Assembly: GCA_964016885.1 (NCBI GenBank)
Contig: OZ024744.1
Coordinates: forward strand, 9,610,001-9,674,000
Source of the DNA: Eledone cirrhosa
Lineage: Eukaryota
DNA: 64,000 bases
Direction: 5' to 3'
Every line of letters begins with the position of its first letter. Within the stretch, counting starts at the first letter, position 1. Made by a program: the position numbers and the translations under genes. Below the pieces are notes generated by a model, which saw only the letters and a list, made by a program, of their open reading frames with translations, was not told where the DNA came from and did no database searches. Below are positions 59,401-64,000 of this stretch, one piece after another.

Positions 59401-62400
59401 TAATGAAGTGTGGTGTAGTGTAGTGTAGTGTAGTGTAATGTAGTGTAGTGTAGTGTAGTGTGGTGTATTGCAGTGTGGTGTAGTGTAGTGTGGTGTGGTG
59501 TAGTGTAATGAAGTGTGGTGTAGTGTATTGTAGTGTAGTGTGGTGCAGTGTGGTGTGGTGTAGTGTGGTGTAGTGTAGTGTGGTGTAGTGTAGTGTGGTG
59601 TGGTGTAGTGTGGTGTAGTGTAGTGTGGTGTAGTGTAGTGTAATGTAGTGTGGTGTGGTGTAGTATGGTGTAGTGTGGTGCAGTGTAGTGTAGTGTGGTG
59701 TGGTGTGGTGTAATGTAGTATGGTGTGGTGTAGTGTAGTGTAGTGTAGTATGGTGTATTGTATTGTAATGAAGTGTAGTGTAGTGTGGTGTAGTATAGTG
59801 TGGTGTAGAGTAGTGTAGTATGGTGTAGTGTAGTGTAATGAAGTGTGGTGTAGTGAAGTGTGGTGTAATGAAGTGTAGTGTAGTGTAGTGTGGTGTGTAG
59901 TGTAGTGTAGTGTAATGTGGTGTAGTGTAGTGTGGTGTGTAGTGTAGTGTAGTGTAGTGTAGTGTAGTGTGGTGTATTGCAGTGTGGTGTAGTGTAGTGT
60001 CTTGTGGTGTAGTGTAATGAAGTGTGGTGTGGTGTATTGCAGTGTAGTGTGGTGTAGTGTGGTGTAGTGTAGTGTGGTGTAATGTGGTGTGGTGTAGTGT
60101 GGTGTGGTGTAGTGTGGTGTGGTGTAGTATGGGGTAGTGGGGTGTGGTGCAGTTTAGTGTAGTGTGGTGTGGTGCAGTGTGGTGTAGTGCAGTGTAGTGT
60201 AGTGTGGTGTAGTGTGGTGTAGTGTGGTGCAGTGTAGTGTAGTGTGGTGTAGTGTAGTGTGGTGTGGTGTTGTGTGGTGTAGTGTAGTATAGTGTGGTGT
60301 AGTACAGTGTAGTGTGGTGTGGTGTAGTGTAGTGTAGTGTGGTGCAGTGTCGTGTAGTGTGGTGTGGTGCAGTGTAGTGTAGTGTGGTGTAGTGTTGTGT
60401 GGTGTAGTGTAGTATAGTGTGGTGTAGTACAGTGTAGTGTGGTGTGGTGTAGTGTAGTGTAGTATCGTGTGGTGTAGTCCAGTGTAGTGTGGTGTGGTGT
60501 AGTTTAGTATAGTGCAGTGTCGTGTGGTGTGGAGTAGTGAAGTGTGGTGTGGTGTAGTGTAGTATGGTGTAGTGTGATGTGGTCTAGTGTTGTGTGGTGT
60601 GGTGTGGTGTAGTGTAGTGTAGTACAGTGTAGTATGGTGCAGTGTAGTGTGGTGTAGTGTGGTGTGGTGTAGCGTGGTGTAGTGTGGCGTGGTGTAGTGT
60701 GGTGTGGTATGGTGTAGTGTAGTGTGGTGTGGTGTAGTATAGTGTGGTTTCGTGTGGTGTGGTGTAGTGTGGTGTGGTGTAGTGTGGTGTAGTGTAGTGT
60801 AGTGTAGTGTAATGTAGGGTAGTGTGGTGTAGTGTGGTGTGCTGTGGTGTGGTGTAGTGTAGTGTGGTGTGGTGCAGTGTAGTGTAGTGTGGTGCAGTGT
60901 AGTGTAGTGTGGTGTAGTGTGGTGTGGTGTAGTGTAGTGTAGTATAGTGTGGTGTAGTGCAATGTAGTGTGGTGTAGTGTAGTATAGTGTAGTGTGGTGT
61001 AGTGCAGTGTGGTGTAGTGTCGTGTGGTGTAGTGTGGTGTGGTGTAGTGTAGTGTGGTGTGGTGTAGTGTGGTGTAGTGTAGTGTAGTGTAGTGTAATGT
61101 AGGATAGTGTGGTGTGCTGTGGTGTAGTGTGGTGTGGTGTAGTGTAGTGTGGTGTGGTGCAGTGTAGTGTAGTGTGGTGCAGTGTAGTGTAGTGTGGTGT
61201 GGTGTAGTGTGGTGTTGTGTGGTGTGGTGTAGTGTAGTGTAGTATAGTGTGGTGTAGTGCAATGTAGTGTGGTGTAATGTGGTGTAGTGTAGTGTGGTGT
61301 AGTGTAGTGTGGTGTAGTGCAGTGTGGTGTAGTGTGGTGTGGTGTAGTGTAGTGTGATGTAGTGCAGTGTGGTGCAGTGTAGTGTGGTGTGGAGTGGTGT
61401 AGTGTAGTATCGTGTGGTGCAGTGCAGTGTAGTGTGGTGTAGTGTAGTGTAGTGTGGTGTGGTGTAGTGTAGTGTGGTGTGGTGTAATGTGGTGTGGTGT
61501 GGTGTAGTGTGGCGTGGTGTAGTATGGTGTAGTGTGGTGTAGTGTAGTGTGGTGTAGTGTGGTGTTGTGTGGTGCAGTGTAGTGTGGTGTAGTGTGCTGT
61601 GGTGTAGTGCAGTGTGGTGTAGTGCAGTGTGGTGTAGTGTAGTGAGGTGTGGTCTAGTGTGGTGTAGTGTTGTGTGGTGTAGTGTGGTGCAGTGTAGTGT
61701 AGTGCAGTGTGGTGCAGTGTAGTGTAGTGCAGTGTGGTGTGGTGTAGTGTAGTGTGGTGTGGTGCAATGTAGTGTAGTGTGGTGTAGTGTGGTGTGGTGT
61801 AGTGTGGTGTAGTGCAATGTAGTATAGTGTGGTGTGTGGTGTAGTGCGGTATGGTCTATTGTGGTGTATTGTGTTGTAGTGTAGTTTGGTGTAGTGTAGT
61901 GTGGTGTGGTGTGGTGTGGTGTGGTGTAGTGTAGTGTGGTGTAGTGTAGTATAGTGTGGTGTAATGCAGTATAGTGTGGTCTGGTGTAGTTTAGTATAGT
62001 GCAGTGTAGTGTGGTGTGGTGTAGTGTAGTTTGGTGTAGTGAAGTGTGTTGCAGTGTAGTGTGGTGTGGTGTAGTGTTGTGTGGTGTAGTTTGATGTGGT
62101 CTAGTGTGGTGTAGTGTAGGGTTGTGTGGTGTAGTGTAGTGTAGTACAGTGTAGTGTAGTGTGGTGTAGTGTGGTATGGTGTAGCGTGGTGTAGTGTGGT
62201 GTGGTGTGGTGTAGTATAGTGTGGTTTCGTGTGGTGTGGTGTAGTGTAGTGTAATGTAGGGTAGTGTGGTGTGCTGTGGTGTAGTGTAGTGTGGTGTGGT
62301 GCAGTGTAGTGTAGTGTGGTGTAGTGCAATGTAGTGTGGTGTAATGTGGTGTAGTGTAGTGTGGTGTAGTGCAGTGTGGTGCAGTGTAGTGTAGTGTAGT

Positions 62401-64000
62401 GTGGAGTGGTGTAGTGTAGTATAGTGTGGTGCAGTGTAGTGTAGTGTGGTGTAGTGTAGTGTAGTGTGGTGTGGTGTAGTGTGGTGTGGTGTGGTGTAGT
62501 GTGGTGTGGTGTAGTATGGTGTACTGTGGTGTAGTGTAGTGTGGTGTGGTGTAGTGGGTGTGGTATAGTATGATGTAGTGAGGTTTGGTGCTGTGTAGTG
62601 TGGTGTGGTGCAGTGTGCTGTGTTGTAGTGTGGTGTAGTGCAGTGTGTTGTTGTGTGGTGTAGTGCAGTGTGGTCTAGTGTGGTGTAGTGTTGTGTGGTG
62701 TGGTGTGGTGTAGTGTAGTGTGGTGTAGTGTAGTGTGGTGTGGTGTAGTGTAGTAGAGTGTGGTGTAGTACAGTGTAGTGTAGTGTGGTATAGTGTAGTG
62801 TAGTGTGGTGCAGTGTAGTGCAGTGTGGTGTGGTGTAGTGTAGTGTGGTGTGGTGCAATGTAGTGTAGTGTGGTGTAGTGTGGTGTGGTGTAGTGCAATG
62901 TAGTATAGTGTGGTGTTATGTGGTGTAGTGCGGTATGGTCTATTGTGGTGTAGTGTTGTGTGGTGTGGTGTAGTGTAGTGTGGTGTAGTGTGGTGTAGTG
63001 CAGTGTGGTGCAGTATAGTGTGGTGTAGTGTGTTGCAGTGTAGTGTAGTGTGGTGTGGTGTGGTATATAGTGGTGTAGTACAGTGTAGTGTGGTGTAGTA
63101 TAGTGTGGTTTTGTGTGGTGTGGTGTAGTGTGGTTCAGTGTAGTGTGGTGTGGTGTAGTGTGGTGTAGTGTTGTGTAGTGTAGTGTGGTGTAGTGTGCTG
63201 TAGTGTGGTGTGGTGTAGTGTAGTGCAGTGTGGTGTAGTGTGGTGCAGTGTAGTGTAGTGTGGTGCAGTGTAATGTGGTGTGGTGTAGTGTGGTGTAGTG
63301 TAGTGTGGTGTAGTGTAGTGTGGTGTAGTGCAGTGTGGTGTAGTGTAGTGTAGTGTAGTGTGGTGTAGTGTAATGAAGTGTGGTGTAGTGTATTGCAGTG
63401 TAGTGTGGTGTAGTGTGGTGTGGTGTAGTGTGGTGTAGTGTAGTGTGGTGTAATGTGGTGTGGTGTAGTGTGGTGTGGTGTAGTGTGGTGTGGTGTAGTA
63501 TGGGTAGTGGTGTGTGGTGCAGTGTAGTGTAGTGTGGTGTGGTGCAGTGTGGTGTAGTGCAGTGTAGTGTAGTGTGGTGTAGTGTGGTGTAGTGTAGTGT
63601 AGTGTAGTGTAGTGTGGTGTGGTGTTGTGTGGTGTAGTGTAGTATAGTGTGGTGTAGTGTGGTGTGGTGTGGTGTGGTATAGTGTAGTGTAGTGTAGTGT
63701 GGTGCAGTGTAGTGTAGTGTGGTGTGGTGTAGTGTAATGTGGTGCAGTGTAGTGTAGTGTGGTGTAGTGTAGTGTCGTGTGGTGTAGTGTGGTGTAGTAT
63801 CGTGTGGTGTAGTGTGGTGTGGTGTAGTTTAGTATAGTGCAGTGTCGTGTGGTGTGGAGTAGTGAAGTGTGGTGCAGTGTGGTGTGGTGTGGTGTAGTGT
63901 AGTATGGTGTAGTGTGATGTGGTCTAGTGTGGTGTAGTGTAGTGTTGTGTGGTGTGGTGTGGTGTAGTGTGGTGTAGTGTAGTGTAGTACAGTGTAGTCT
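32466..64000. repeat. Degenerate pentanucleotide satellite (TGTAG/TGTGG/TGCAG plus rare variants), >31.5 kb, open at the window end
   Basis: Continuous 5-bp periodicity, strong GT/AC strand skew, recurrent rare-variant landmarks. Confidence 0.97.

Noticed and set aside
32490-62898. Many long His/Thr/Tyr/Pro/Leu ORFs (up to 954 aa) on the - strand, suggesting a His-rich structural protein
   Set aside because: CACTA/CACCA/CACTG repeats rarely create stops, so overlapping frames are open and give the same peptides; starts are mostly non-ATG and there is no signal peptide or codon-level constraint.
32466-64000. Satellite as a true telomeric repeat
   Set aside because: Too heterogeneous and hierarchically duplicated for telomerase synthesis; not TTAGGG or TTAGG; no chromosome end visible.

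Overview
Repeat-dense animal genomic DNA; the repeat families look coleoid cephalopod or mollusc-like, which is an inference. The only host gene is the 3' end of Bre1/RNF20-RNF40 (histone H2B E3 ubiquitin ligase) on the + strand: a 102-nt exon at 4418-4519 and the terminal RING exon at 10227-10403, neither of which is in the ORF track. The first 32 kb holds a CsRn1-clade Ty3/Gypsy element, several solo LTRs, seven RTE LINE copies, two CRE-like RLE retrotransposon copies, CR1 and Tx1 fragments, a deleted mariner, a Kolobok-like TTAA element, a non-autonomous Helitron, long palindromes and four minisatellites. From ~32.47 kb to the window end is a >31.5-kb degenerate pentamer satellite (TGTAG/TGTGG/TGCAG) with a ~2.94-3.0-kb higher-order repeat. 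The strongest leads are: three different LTRs sharing non-canonical TGTAG...CTAAA ends; a twin-priming-type inversion in a CRE element bounded by a 14-bp direct repeat; RTE insertions at the same base of a minisatellite that form inverted repeats around the Bre1 RING exon; apparent swapping of RTE 3' ends; and the layered satellite hierarchy. I found no evidence of a new protein-coding system; the long His/Thr/Tyr ORFs are satellite artefacts. All alignments were made by eye.
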